From NCBI RefSeq assembly GCF_009914755.1, contig NC_060930.1: a DNA stretch of 64,000 nt; one strand, given 5' to 3'. The notes under the pieces are model-generated. The model searched no databases. It saw only the letters and a program-made list of their open reading frames with translations, and had not been told where the DNA came from. Numbering within the stretch: position 1 is the first letter of the stretch; each line of letters starts with the position of its first letter. A program made the translations under genes and the position numbers. Shown piece by piece: positions 44,506 through 59,958 of the stretch. The stretch is from the human T2T-CHM13v2.0 reference genome, Homo sapiens.

Positions 44506-44515
44506 CCAAATATGG
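44506..44515. promoter_or_regulatory. CArG box (SRF site) CCAAATATGG
   Basis: Perfect CC(A/T)6GG; AKAP12 alpha is a known SRF-dependent gene. Confidence 0.75.
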
Positions 44516-44589
44516 TCGGACTCAGGAGGAGCCAGGGAGCGCTTGCCTTTCTCCTGCTAATGGGGAGGAGGCTGGAACAAATGTTTGGA

Positions 44590-44679
44590 GTTAAACACAA
44601 TCTGCAGGAAAGCAAATGGGGACTCGGACTCGCTCCTGGGCGAGCTGAAAGTCGGCTGCAGCAGAAGCTCCTGCCTTGG
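44590..44679 (+). other. AKAP12: Probable non-coding first exon of AKAP12 alpha (TSS position approximate)
   Basis: The acceptor at 45003 requires an upstream exon. A candidate weak donor TGG|GTGATC lies at 44679/44680, just downstream of the E-box/CArG promoter cluster. Boundaries are inferred. Confidence 0.5.
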
Positions 44680-45003
44680 GTGATCCATCATTTAATAAAC
44701 CCCAGAGAATCCAGTGTCCCCGGCAGGCTTTTTGCTCCCCTGCTCTCTTGCCTTCTGAGGCCCTGGGTCGTCCCCGCAGCTCTAGTCGCCCTGTTAGAAA
44801 CGGGAGGCGCCCGAGGGCCGGGTGGGCGGCTGCCTGGACCTGGGCTGGCGCGTCGCAGCGCCTCTGGTCCCGGCAGCCTGGGGGCAGATGCTGCTGCAGG
44901 GCGTGTCTGGGGCTGTGCTCATGTGATGAAGCGAGGGAAAAACCGGGGGGAGGGGGGCGGAGGCTAAGAGGTGGCCTTTTTTTTTTTTTCCTTTTCTTTT
45001 AAG

Positions 45004-45182
45004 GAGTTTGCCGCGAGCGCGTCTCCTTCATTCGCAGGCTGGGCGCGTTCGCAGTCGGCTGGCGGCGAAGGAAGGCGCTCTCGGGACCTCGCGGGCGCGC
45101 GTCTTTTGGCTCTTGCCCCTGTCCCTGCGGCTTGGGGAAGGCGTAACCCGGCGGCTAGGCGCGGGAGAAGTGCGGAGGAGCC
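45004..45182 (+). other. AKAP12: AKAP12 5' UTR part of the first coding exon
   Basis: Strong polypyrimidine tract and acceptor (TTTTTTTTTTTTCCTTTTCTTTTAAG|GAG, AG at 45002-45003); no ATG between 45004 and 45182. Confidence 0.8.
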
Positions 45183-45344
45183 ATGGGCGCCGGGAGCTCC
45201 ACCGAGCAGCGCAGCCCGGAGCAGCCGCCCGAGGGGAGCTCCACGCCGGCTGAGCCCGAGCCCAGCGGCGGCGGCCCCTCGGCCGAGGCGGCGCCAGACA
45301 CCACCGCGGACCCCGCCATCGCTGCCTCGGACCCCGCCACCAAG
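45183..45344 (+). CDS. AKAP12: AKAP12 (A-kinase anchor protein 12 / gravin) alpha isoform, first coding exon (54 codons); gene continues beyond the window
   Basis: Translation MGAGSSTEQRSPEQPPEGSSTPAEPEPSGGGPSAEAAPDTTADPAIAASDPATK is recognised as the AKAP12 N-terminus with an MGxxxS myristoylation motif. Strong Kozak context GAGCCATGG. Ends at phase-0 donor AAG|GTACGG at 45344/45345. Confidence 0.96.
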
Positions 45345-48300
45345 GTACGGGCGTGCCGGGCCACCTGCGCCGGGAGGCGCGGGTCTTTGGGGGTGGGGGT
45401 GGGGGTGGGGGGTCCCTCCGATTTCCGCCGAGAGAACTTCCCAGCCCATCCAGCCCCATCTGCATACTCAGGAGTGCGAACCCCTCTTTGGAGGCTTTTC
45501 AGGGTCTTTCGCGCCGGGGCGGGGCCAGAGCAGCGGCGAGCGCGGCGGGGGGCTTGCATCTTTGTCGCGGGTCTCCAGGGGAGGCGACTGCGCCATCCGC
45601 AATAATAAAACCCGCGCCCTGCCCACGGCGGCTGAGCCTTTCTGCGCACTCTTCCGGTGGGAGCCATGCAGCCCGAGGCGGAGGAGCTGCGCGGAGGGGG
45701 ATCCGTGGAGAATGGACCCCGGGCCGGGCCTCCGGAGCTCCGAGATGCGGAAAGTCAGCTGTGAGGCCAGGACTCGTGGTGGAGCCCGCCGGGGAGCCCA
45801 GCCACCCTCGGGTTCCCCGTCGCGTACCGCCCTGGATGCCAGCGGTGCCTGGAGCGAGCGGGTTTGGTACCCAGTCCTCCTGCGGCAGCGGCCCGAGCAG
45901 GCACCGCCTTCCCGAGGCAGAGAAAGCCTGGGGTGTAGCTCGCTCAGAGCCAGGAAAAACCTGGGCAGGCGCTGCGTTTCCAGAAGGAATGACAGGTTTC
46001 GCAAACCAGCCAGCGCCCTCGCGTTCGCTCAGCGCTTTGCCTGCAGACTCAGTTGGCCAAACACACGCTAGAGTGGCTAGAAGTTCTCAAAGGATGGGGT
46101 CAGTGTAACGAGCATTCCGGGTACTCTTCCCTGGACGCAGTGCTGAAACGACTGCATTTTATCGGCTTCAGTCTTCAAGGCTGGAATATTTCTTGTGGGC
46201 CAGGACAGCCGCCAAGACTGTGGCTTGTTCTGGTCGTGGTATTTTAGATCTATTTTCCAGCGCATGTGTTCATTAGCAAGGCTTCACTCTACTGATTTTG
46301 TGATACCCTTGTATCACAAAGGTACCCTTGTGATACCTTGTAGAAAGATGTGGATAACCATGTTTAATAGTTAAATTTGCGGTATGTCAAATTTGAGGAT
46401 AGAGTACGTGAGTTATCGCAGGAGGTGTAGATGTTTACAATATGCAAAAAAAAAAAAAAAAAAGGAACCTACAACCATGACCTAATTGCCTTGACCTCCT
46501 TAGCTGCCCTAGTCTCTTTTGGGCTGAGAGACTGCTGTTAATAATATAGTTTTTACCGCCAGTCTTTGATTCATAACTACTTGTAAAATCCATGGTCCCT
46601 AGATATTAAGTACTAACTGTGTCTCTGTGCTATGTAGGTTTTTCTAAGAGATGCTTAAGCTTCTGGCCTGAGGAATGTACTGTCCTTTTGAGATTCAAGT
46701 CGCATTTTAATACTTACTGTATGCACATAATGTTTTGATGCCAGCTACTGTCAAAGTGGCTCTGTAACCAGTGGTCAGAGTCTAGCGATGAAAATAATTT
46801 TAAGGTATAATTGCTAAAAACTTGCAGTTGGGTGACATTCCCCCCACCGCCCCGGCTTTTATACTCCTTCAGATCTTACTAACTGTTCACCCTGAAATAT
46901 GGGATTTAATCCCTTCCCAGTAAACTTGAATTTGTTTATTTAAAAATATTCCTTCCATTCTTTTTCCGTCTTCCATAACCTTATCCTTTTCCTCTTTCCA
47001 AGTTGCCAACCGTCTTGAAGCAACCAAACAACCTCCTTTTAAAAAATCACTTAAATGGCATCCAGAATATCATTGAACTTGTTGGCATAATGCCCAGTTA
47101 TCAATTTGGAGACAAATCAGTGCACTTACATGTATCCTTGGAATGTATTTAGTTTTCATTTGAACTAGCCAAATTTATCACTCAGGCTTTGAACACAAAT
47201 GTCTTTTCAAAAGGACTCCCCAATTAAGAATGACTCAGCACCATGGCCCTTGCCTCCCCTCTTCTTGTTAAGCTCCAATTCCTGACCTCCAAGTAATCCC
47301 ATCTCCCACTCTAGGCTCCGTGGCACCATGGACCCGTCCCAGCAGTTTTCACATGTGTGGGTTTAGTGTTCTTGCTGTTGTGAATACTTCGCAGGGGCAG
47401 GGAACACGCCTGGTTGTGCCGACCAACGGTGTTCCTTCATGCGTGCCATGTTGCCTGGCACAGAGGCAGCTCTCAGGAATACTTGTGGAAAGAGGAAGGG
47501 GTGATATTGGCTCCTTGGTTTTGATTGGAAAATATCAAGTTGGAGAATACCTTGACCTATCTGATTTTACTACAATTTAACCCTTGATCATTTCATTATC
47601 ACGTGAGACTGATTATGATAGTGACTAAGGCAAGTCAGTCTGTTCGGTTATTAATAGATCAAGTGAATAGTTTGACCAAAAACTTCAGATTTGGGGGCTT
47701 TGGATTCTGTTTCTCTAGATATAGAGTGACTTGTTAGCATTGCAATTTCAAATTGCGTTTTATCTTAAATAGACAAATATATGAAGTGCATATGGCTCAA
47801 ATGAGTCCATTTCATACCCTGAGTTACTTAGGATTACATCTTGAACTTCCTTGATGTGTCTGTGGACGGTTGGGGAGGTTTAGGCTAATACATCATTTTT
47901 CCCTCCTTGGATAGAATGTGGTCATTAATTAAAGGCTGTAGGCAGATCTTTTTCTATCTAATAGCTGACATTTATATCACATGCATGCTATCTATTTAGC
48001 AATTGGATTTACTTTCCTTTTTTTCTGCTAGTTTTAGTTACCAGTTATTCACTAAGTGCCCTTATCTGAACAGACATTACTCTGGTTGAATTATCACTTG
48101 TATTAGGTCAAATGGAGAGTTAAACAAGCTTTTGATTACTCAGGCTTAACGTTTAGATGCACTAAAGCAGAAGTCTTGGTTTTATCTATGGTTCATTTCT
48201 GTAAAATGGAAGGAGTCTTTATCTTCTATTCAATCTTTTGTAATCTTTATTTTTTCCGTTAGATCCAGAGATAGACTGGAAATCTTTTACAGTCTTTATA

Positions 48301-48860
48301 TGTAAGATCCAGGCGGGGGCAGGGGGAATGGCTTGGTCTGTTATCTGCCAGGGTTTAATTTTGAGACATGGCCGTTTCACAACTGCAGGGTGCGGGAAGA
48401 TTAGATGACCTGAATGCTGGTGGTAAGTAAAGCCTCACACTTCACATTATTCCTTAATTGTCTGTTTTTAAAAATTTGTCTTAAAAAAATATTAAGGTGG
48501 CAACATATTCAGGTGGCAACAGAGGGTGGGGTGACCAGTGACAAACTGACTTCCATGTCTCTGGCTAATCTTGATTTCTGGAGCCAGGCTCCAGACTAAG
48601 TCTGGACAATCAATTAATTAGCCTTTCTATATGTATTGCCTGATGAATGATTTCAATGCTGGACATTGAACAATGGTCTGTTGCAACAGGGTGAGGCCAT
48701 TGTCTCTGGCAGGTGGGGAGATGGGGGCTCTTGTTAGCTCCATTTGATTACAAGAGCCTTGAATCACCAAAACATAAAGATGTACTCGAATAGAAGAGTC
48801 CGTTGTCTGACTGGTAAATTTAAGGATGTGTTTGACCCTCGTGCATTAAAACAGACAATT

Positions 48861-49227
<367 letters not shown>

Positions 49228-50140
49228 CTATTTGCCACTTGTTTAGCAATGGAAATGGAGAACGAAGATGGCCTCAAAGTGACTACATCACCAGTGTTAC
49301 AAAAATGGGCCAGAATTTAAGGCAAGAATTATATGTTTCTTAATAGAGGGATGTTTCTCTGTGTGTGGCTACTTGTATTCCTGTGGATTTTTACCAGATT
49401 ATAAGAGCTGTTAATTTCTGATCAGAACAGAGACCAAAAATTGGAGATATGGATGTGGGGATGATTCTTTTGGGTACCGATAGACTGCAGGAATCGCAGG
49501 GCTTCCTTTAAATCCATTACAGCTTATAGGCTAGTGGATGAATAAGATAAGTGGAGATTTTCTCTTGAAATATTTCCTTCTATGAAGAAAAGGCCTTGAA
49601 ATGTGCATCCTCTTTGGGTTGACTAATTTCTATGCCTTTACAGCTTTAAGCTGACATTATAAGATTATTCTAGTTTGGATCTTGTAAGATAATTAACAAA
49701 ATGGAAATAAAATGTTTTGTTTTTAAAAATGCTAATAAATTATTTATTTTCCTTTGTCTTAGTTAGTTTTAATACATATTCAGTGCTTAAAGAACACCAG
49801 TGCAGGAAAACTCAAACTAAATGGCATCATCCCCCATCTCTATAATTCTATATGCAGTAGCCATTCATGCGAAGTTAGAAATTAGAATTTATAGCACTAA
49901 GCATTCTAAGAAAAATTAAGCCAGTACGTTTATCTCTTGAAAAAAAAAAAAAGCAACTAAATTTCCTTGAACCGAATTCTTTTTTTTGGCTCACTGCAAC
50001 CTTTGCCTCCCAGGTTCAAGCGATTCTCCTGCCTCAGCTTTCCGAGTCGCTGGGATTACAGGCACCCACCACCACGCCCAGCTAAGTTTCTGTATTTTTA
50101 GTAGAGATGGGGTTTCACCATGTTGGCCAGGCTGGTCTCA

Positions 50141-50305
<165 letters not shown>

Positions 50306-50770
50306 TTACCCTTATTAATGATTTTTATTTAAAGTCATTGCATAGCAATATTCATTTAATGTTTATTTTTTAAAAAAATTAATGATTGAGAACTTAAATT
50401 TATAAGTAGGGTAAATTACTCACAAATTTAAGTAAAATTTGAAGCCAATATGATGGCTTCTTACATATTCTTTCGAAAACTTCATGCACATGAAAGTAGA
50501 TAAAAATGGCACAGTCTTTTCCATTTAAGAAAAAGATCATATCACATGTAGATTTAGGTTTTGGATGTCTTTTCATATCAGGACATAAATAACTGCCCCC
50601 ATTCTTATTAATTTGGGTGCATAAATTTCCCTTTTGTGGGTTGAAGCCCTGTAACGATTTAACCAATTCCTTGGGTTTATATTTAGATTGTCCTCGTCCA
50701 TAAGTGTAATTGCTGAATTGCAAGCTTTATATGCATTTAAAAATTTAACCCGGCAAGGTGCGGTGGCTCA

Positions 50771-51073
<303 letters not shown>

Positions 51074-53458
51074 CTAAATTGACTTTCCAAAGAGGTTCTA
51101 CCACTTTGCAGTTCCACCGTGGAGATCAGCACTCGTTTTCCCATGCTTTGCCTTCATGGGTATCAGATTTTCCAATACTTGCCAATGTGCTAGGTGAAGA
51201 ATGGTACCTCAGTTTCCTTGGTGCATTTTTAACTGTGAAGTTGAATGCCTCATCATGTTTCTCTGCCATGTGCTTGCCATCTGATCATGCACTGGTCTGG
51301 CTGTCAGAGCATGAAAGGCTATGGTTTGTTTCACTGTTAATTAATTTTCATTTTCATTTTCATTTAACTTTAATTTTATTTATTTATTGTTTTTGAGATA
51401 GGCTCTCATTCTGTTGCCCAGTGTGGAATGCAGTGGTGCAATCTTGGTTTACTGCAGCCTCGACCTCCTGGGCTCAAATGACCCTCCTACTTCAGCCTCC
51501 TGAGTAGCTGGGACTACAGGCACACACCACCAGGTAGCTGGGACTACAAGTGCACACCACCATGCCTGGCTAATTTTGTTTATTTTTGGTAGAGACAAGG
51601 TCTCACTGTGTTGCCCAGGCTGGTCTGGACCTCCTGGACTGAAGTGATCCTCCCACCTCTGCCTCCCAAAGTGCTGAGATTACAGGTGTGAGCCCCCATG
51701 CCCTGCCCAATTAATTTTTAAAGATTTTTTTTTCTAGCCAGGTGTGGGGGCTCACACCTGTAATCTCAGCACTTTGAGAGGCCAAGAAGGGAGGATCACT
51801 TGAGAGAAAGTTCAAGAGTGGCCTGGGCAACATAGCAAGACCCCATCTCTACAAAAAATAAAAAATTTAGCTGGGTGCGGTGACGTGTACCTGTAGTCCT
51901 AGCTACTTGGAAGGCTGAGGTGAGAGGATTGCTTCCACCCAGGAGTATGAGGCTGCAGTGAGCTATGATCATGCTACTGCACTACAGCCTGGGTGGCAGA
52001 GCAAGACCCTATCTCTATTTAAAAAAACAAAACAAAACAAAAAAACAAAAAAACTTTTTCCCCAGAAATTAATCAAATTGGAAAAAAGCAAGTTCAAGAA
52101 TAAAAACGCAGCTGAGGTAGAGCAGTCTTACTCTCCTTTGCTCCTTTTCCTTTCCAAATTAATGAACCATCTTTAAATTTATTTGCTTGGAGGATGACCT
52201 ACTTCTTTAGCTATCACTTTTAAAATTTCTTCTCTTGGAACAATCTAAAATCATTTAGTTGCCAGAAATTACTTTGTGGTCATGATCCGTGAAATGTTGA
52301 GATCAGGGATTGGAAGCAGCAGAAATCCACCTCTTGGGAAAACAATAGAGTGAAGGCTTACCCGGGATCCTCTCCCGTTCTCACGGCAAACAGCCTGGCT
52401 CTGTTAACTGGATGGTATACACGGATTTTCTGAGAAAAATGTAGGTGTTCAAAGCACAGGAAACCATCTGGGACACCGGGACACCATTAGGCACCTCTTA
52501 ATACAAGTATTCATTTCAGGTTCAAAGCTTTTTGTCTTCCCTGTGATTTCTCTGTGATGTTTTTTAAATGGGGGAAACCCTGTAGTTTCTCTCTGCCTAA
52601 TCTTAATCCCAGTTGTAGTAGCATGTCAGTTTCATGTTTGATTTCAAAACGAAATAAACCAAAATTTAAGAAGGAGAGATTACTGCAGTTTATTGGCTGA
52701 CCATCTATTTGTTATATGCAAACACTGCAAACTGGGAGTATTGAAGGATTAAATTTTTCCTAATTCCCAAACCTGGTGGTGCTATTGAATCACCTAGAGA
52801 GCTTTTCAAAGACACCCCTACACCTCATCCTGGATTTATTGAATTAGAATCCCAGGCAATCTCAGGGTCTGGGATTCTGTGATTTTTTTTTTTTTTTTTT
52901 TGAGAGACAGGGTCTCACTGTGTTTCCCAGGCTAGTCTTGAACTCCCGGACTCAGGCCATCCTTTGGCCTCAGCCTCCTGAGTAACTGAGACTACCAGCT
53001 CCTGCCACTGTGCTGGGATTCTGTAGTCTTAAAATGCTCATCAGATATTCTAATGTGTGGGGTGTGGGCTCCATTACCTTAAGGGAGGGGAAGGAGTAGG
53101 CGTAAGAGCTGAATAAGGGCCAGGGAGAGGTTCAGGTCTAGGTGACACTGGGTGATAGCATGTGCAGATTTCACTGAGATTGGAACTTGTGTGGGTGAGA
53201 GGGACGGTTTCACATGATGAAAGAGTAGCATTTTCCTTCACACATCTGGAGGATAAAATAAAGGAAAATATTTCTTCCACATAATTTCATTCCTTTGTTT
53301 GACTATATTAAAAAGTGGGTTGCTGGCCGGGCATGGTGGCTCACGCCTGTAATCCCAGCACTTTGGGAGGCCGAGGCGGGCGGATCACGAGGTCAGCAGT
53401 TCAAGACCAGCCTGGCCAACATGGTGAAACCCCATCTCTATTAAAAATACAAAAATTA

Positions 53459-53623
<165 letters not shown>

Positions 53624-55139
53624 CTAACGGAGGCTTTTTAAAATAGATTGTGCCATTCAAGGTAAGTAGGTGTTCAGTGAAATGCCCGTATCCCTACTGA
53701 GCCAGAAGCTGTGACTTTTCGGTGTTCCCCTTCCATCTCATTGCCTCCTAAGCCCTCTTCCCTTATTTATCAATTTAAAACTTCCCTTGTGCTGAATAAG
53801 TAGACAGTAGCTAAGGGCTTAGTTTATGGCATTTGACTGGTCCAAAAATCTGTAAAGAAATTTTAAAACCTACCAAGTTGTTGAAGAATAGAGTTCTGGC
53901 TTTCTCAGCCACTTACTATTCAATCTTGATTTCATAAATATTTCTGTTTTAATTTCTTCCATTTATTTTTTAATATAATAGAGACAAGGTCTCACTGTGT
54001 TGCCAAGGCTGGTCTCGAACTCCTGAGCTCAAGTGATCCTCTTGCCTTGGCCTCCCAAAGTGCTGGGTTACAGGGTGAGCCACCTACGCCTGGCCATTTC
54101 ATAAATACTTCTTTACTAGCTTCTGTACTCCAGGAACTGTGCTAGGAACTGGGGAAACAGAAGTTCAGTTCTAAAAAAGTTAAAGTTCTCTCTTTCATAT
54201 ATTTAGATCTTTATTCCACTAGCTACTGATGATGTCTAGAAGGAGAAATCTTAAATTCATTTTTATATGGGTTACCTATTGCTCCAGTACCATTGATTAA
54301 AAAGTTACCTCTTGTTAAAACTCAAGTTTCCATATATGCATAAACCTGTTTATTGATTTCCTTTTACTTTTAAATTTTTTCTGCTGTGTCTATTTGTGCA
54401 ATAAACTGAAAGCATTGTGGGAGTGGCTAAACATCTGATCAATTATAATAGCAAGCCCATGGTTTAAAATAGTTTTATATTCTACATCTCAAGTGTTACC
54501 CTTGTCTCTTTCATGGCTATGGTGAGTTCATACATACATAAATACCAACATGTGGCTCGTGGGCATGGTGGCTCACACCTGGTGGGCATGGTGGCTCATG
54601 CCTATAATCCCAGCACTTCGGGAGGTGAGGGTGGGAGGATCACTTGAGCCTAGGAGTTCAAGATCAGCCTAGGCAGCATAGTGAGACCCCACTGCTACAA
54701 AAAATTTAAAAATTAGCCGGGTGTGGTGGCACATGCCTGTAATTCCAGCTAGTTGGGAGGCTGAGGTGGGAAGATCACTAGAGCCCGGGAAGTTGAAGCT
54801 GCAGAGACCCTGTCTCAAAAAAATAAATAAATAGGCTGGGCGTTGTGGCTCACGCGTGTAATCCCAGCATTTGGGAGGCTGAGGCAGGTGGATCATTTGA
54901 GGTCAGGAGTTTGAGACCAGTCTGACCAACATGGTGAAACTCCGCTTTACTAAAAATACAAAAAAGTTAGCCGGGTGTGGTGGCGCCTGCCTGTAGTCCC
55001 AGCTACTCTAGAGGCTGAGGCAGGAGAATCGCTTGAACCCGGGAGGCGGAGCTTGCAGTGAAGCCGAGATTGCACCACTGCACTCCAGCCTGGGTGACAG
55101 AGTGAGACTCCATCTTAAAATAAATAAATAAATAAATAA

Positions 55140-55522
<383 letters not shown>

Positions 55523-56720
55523 AAAAATGGTCAGATATTTTCTAACCACATACTTATGTTCTAGATGCTTTGGGAGATAAAGAAATAAAAACATTACCCT
55601 TGAACACCTCATAATTGAGATGAGGTAAGGCCTTTCTAGATGAAATATTCAACAGCAAAGATTCCAATAAGTTGGCTAGGTAATAGAAGAATTGCCATTA
55701 GTACTACTGTAAAAAAAAGAATTTTTGGGAAAGTGTTCTAGGCAGATAAGAGGCCATTAGTCAGGAGGCCTTCTGGTACAAGACGTATTGAGTTGGTAGT
55801 TCTTAAGGAAACAATGAAAGAGGATAAGTTGCAGCCCGTCGATGTTAAGAGCTGCAGAGGCAATAGAGAGCCACTGCCGGCTTTTGACAATGAACAAAAC
55901 AAAGTTTCAGAAATACCAGGTGAGTGCGTCGTGAACCCCTGGGAGACCCTCTTGTATAAGGCAGAGATAACATCCTCACAGTAAAGTGGTGGGAAGTGTG
56001 ACTAGAAAGGGTGACTTCAGGGAGATTATGTTGGCAAGCATTTTCACAGTGTGGTAGTGACATCTCAGATATCAGTGGGGCAGTGAGATTTGGCACAGGG
56101 TAGAGGCTTGGCATGGGGGTAAGTCACAAACAATGAGATTTTAAGAGTTGGAAGATGGAGTACCTCTATTTCTCCAATAGTCTGACAAGAACATCTACTC
56201 CATGATGTTGGTTTCAGTTATCTACTGGTGTGTAACAAACCATGCCAAAAAATTTATACTAAGGGTACCTTTAGAACAGAGAACATCACTTGATAATAAC
56301 AACTTGGGACTTTAAAGTAATGCAGAGGTTTGGCCGGGCACAGTGGCGCACGCCTGTAATCCCAATACTTTGGGAGGCCGAGGCGGGCAGATCCCCTGAA
56401 GTCAGGAGTTCAAGATTAGCCTGGCCAACATGGTGAAACCCTGTCTTTACTAAAAATACAAAAATTAGCCAGGCATGGTGGCACGCGCCTGTAGTCCCAG
56501 CTACCTGGGAAGCTGAGGCACGAGAAACCCTTGAACCCGGGAGGCGGAGGCTGCATTGAGTTGAGATCGCTCTGCTGCACTTCAGCCCGGGCAACAGTGT
56601 GAGTGAGACTCTGCCTCAATAAACAAATAAATAAATAAATAGAAGTAAAGCAGAGGTTTGAGGCAGACTCTCTAGATAATGACAGAGGGCTTCCGTGAAC
56701 TCAAAGCATTTCTCTAATAG

Positions 56721-57128
<408 letters not shown>

Positions 57129-58944
57129 TAGGAAAAGAGATGATCAACACTGAAGGCCCCGATAGTGGCTATGGAGAAGTGCAGGTGGAACCAAAGTGAG
57201 TCTTAGTAGAAGAGAGGACTAGAGGTGAGCATGGTGGCTCATGGTGGACCTGGTATTCCCAGTACTTTGGGAGGCCAAGGTGGGAAGATCATTTGACTAC
57301 AGGCATTTGAGACCAGCCTGGGCAAGATACCAAGACCCCTGTCTCTGGGAAAAAAAAAAAAAAAAAAAAAAGATGAGAAAACGAGATAAAAGAGATGCCG
57401 CCGGATGAGCAGTTGGCAGATCGTGATGGCATCATGCCACAGTGACTGTTCTATCCCAGCATGGCTGGGTGCACCTAAAAAATGAAAGAGCCTGGTCATT
57501 GACTGTATTCCTTCCATTTGTAGGCAAAGAAATGAGGTTGCTTGGGGAATGCGTGTCTTTCCCTCCAGAGAAGACATTTTCGCTTTGTAATTTTTCCATC
57601 CCCAGTGTCTGCCCTTTGGTTTGTTGTTCAGAAAACAATTTATGATTTATTTTTCTTTGTGTCTGAGCCTATGATTTTTTTATTGAATTGAGCCATTACA
57701 GGCCCTGGGTTTTACCTGCCACAATGATGAATTTCTATTGTCACTCCCTGATATTGACCACTTTTAGTGAAGACATGCTTCATTGGCTCCTAGTTTTCTT
57801 CACTCTGTAAAGTATATTTTGTTGTGATACGTAAGACAAGATTGTTGATGCATTTCACAGTTTTTAACCTCTTTATGTTTTCAGTTCTTGGTGATAATTT
57901 TTCACAAAGTTATAGGAAATTACTCAAAGAATATGTCTTTAGAAACTTTCGTTTGAAATTGTTTTTCATTTGGATACATATGTAAAAGTCTTTTGTTCGT
58001 TTTAATTTTTTTTTCTTTTAAAATAAAAAGAGACAGGTCTTGCTGTGTTGCCCAGGCTGGTCTCGAATTCTTGGGCTGAAAGGATAGTCCCACCTGGGCC
58101 TCCTGAAATTAAAATTACAGGCATGAGCCACTGCACCCGGCCAAAACAGTCTTAGTCAACATCAATAATATATTGAATCCTATAGAAACTTCAACCTTAG
58201 GTGGCCTATCTACTTTGAACTTACACTTGATATGCACTGCAGTACAAACTGGGAGGGAGAGGGGGAATAGGATTGTAGTCTACAAGAGATTGCTAAGAAT
58301 TAGCCAATTTTGCTATGATGATTTTTTTCACAAATGACTTTTTTTTTGAGGCAGAGTCCTGCTCTGTTACCCAGGCTGGAGAGTGCAGTGGTGCTCACTG
58401 TGACCTCTGCCTCCTGGGTTCAAGCAATTCTCTTGCCTCAGCCTCTTGAGTAGCTGGAATTACAGGTGTGAGCCACCACACCTGGCTAATTTTTTTGTAT
58501 TTTTAGTAGAGACGGGGTTTTCCCATGTTGGCCAGGCTGGTCTCCAACTCCTGACCTCAGGTAATCTGCCTCCCTGGGCCTCCCAAAGTGCTGGGACTAC
58601 AGGTGTGAACCACTGTGCCCGGCCAGAAATGACGTATTTATCCAATACTTAGACATGAGTTCCTGATTCCTATATTGTTAACCTAAATATTTAAATGGAA
58701 ATTTTTGTTCTTGTTCTGCTCTGTTTTACACGAAATAAGCTGTTGAAAAGCAGTGGAACATGTCACTACAAAAGTTTACTAAATTAGTCTTGACCATTAC
58801 AATCTTTGTATTCCACTGACAAAAGCAGTGGAATAAAATTTAAACAAAAATAGTTGACCTTAATGTGGGCAAAAACCCAGTTGATTGGTTTTATAGCTGA
58901 TTTATTTTCTTTGTAAAACCTTCAGGAACTAAAGTTTAGTCTGA

Positions 58945-59237
<293 letters not shown>

Positions 59238-59729
59238 TGAACCACTGCGCCTGGCCTTAGATCAGTCTTCATTTTGTTGATAATACAGAAAGCTCATTTA
59301 GCCTTGATTAAGACAACGATCGGTTATTCGTTTGATATTCGTTAAAGACTCACTGAGGTTTTTGAATTTTTGTCCTAAACTGAGAATCTGGTGACTGAAG
59401 AGGGCTTACAATTTTATCTTGAATCGCAACAATGACACAGATTTCAAGTCACTTCTGGAACTGTGCCTGATAAACAATCTCTGCATGACAGGGAGGAATG
59501 CAAAGAATGCTTAAGTATTCAGGGAAGTAGGTCATGTTAAAGTATTACATTTGTCAGAGAAAGTTTCTCAAGCAGTCCCTGTGATCTTCAGAACCCAGCT
59601 TGTTCTTCGCCCAGAATGCTTTAGTTGTAGGCAAATTTGGGGGCTGAATTAACTTCCCAGCCGCTAGGAGGGCTGGACTGAAAGTCACAGATTCAGCACA
59701 TGTGCCTGCACCCTTGTCAACAAAAATGA

Positions 59730-59958
<229 letters not shown>

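Larger units (their letters stand above)
44240..46150. promoter_or_regulatory. CpG island / AKAP12 alpha promoter
   Basis: Sharp rise in GC and CpG density in non-repeat sequence spanning the first exons. Confidence 0.9.

Noticed and set aside
45345-45605. 140-aa ORF extension of the AKAP12 exon
   Set aside because: Read-through past the GT donor into the intron; sequence after ...DPATK is not AKAP12-like.
44971-46108. Long ORFs (366, 251, 178, 170, 161 aa) across the CpG island
   Set aside because: Expected from stop-codon scarcity in GC-rich DNA; low-complexity P/R/G/A content; they cross the AKAP12 splice sites; several lack a true ATG.
51503-51563. Internal tandem duplications within Alus (also ~18988-19010, ~54560-54600)
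   Set aside because: Ordinary slippage duplications.
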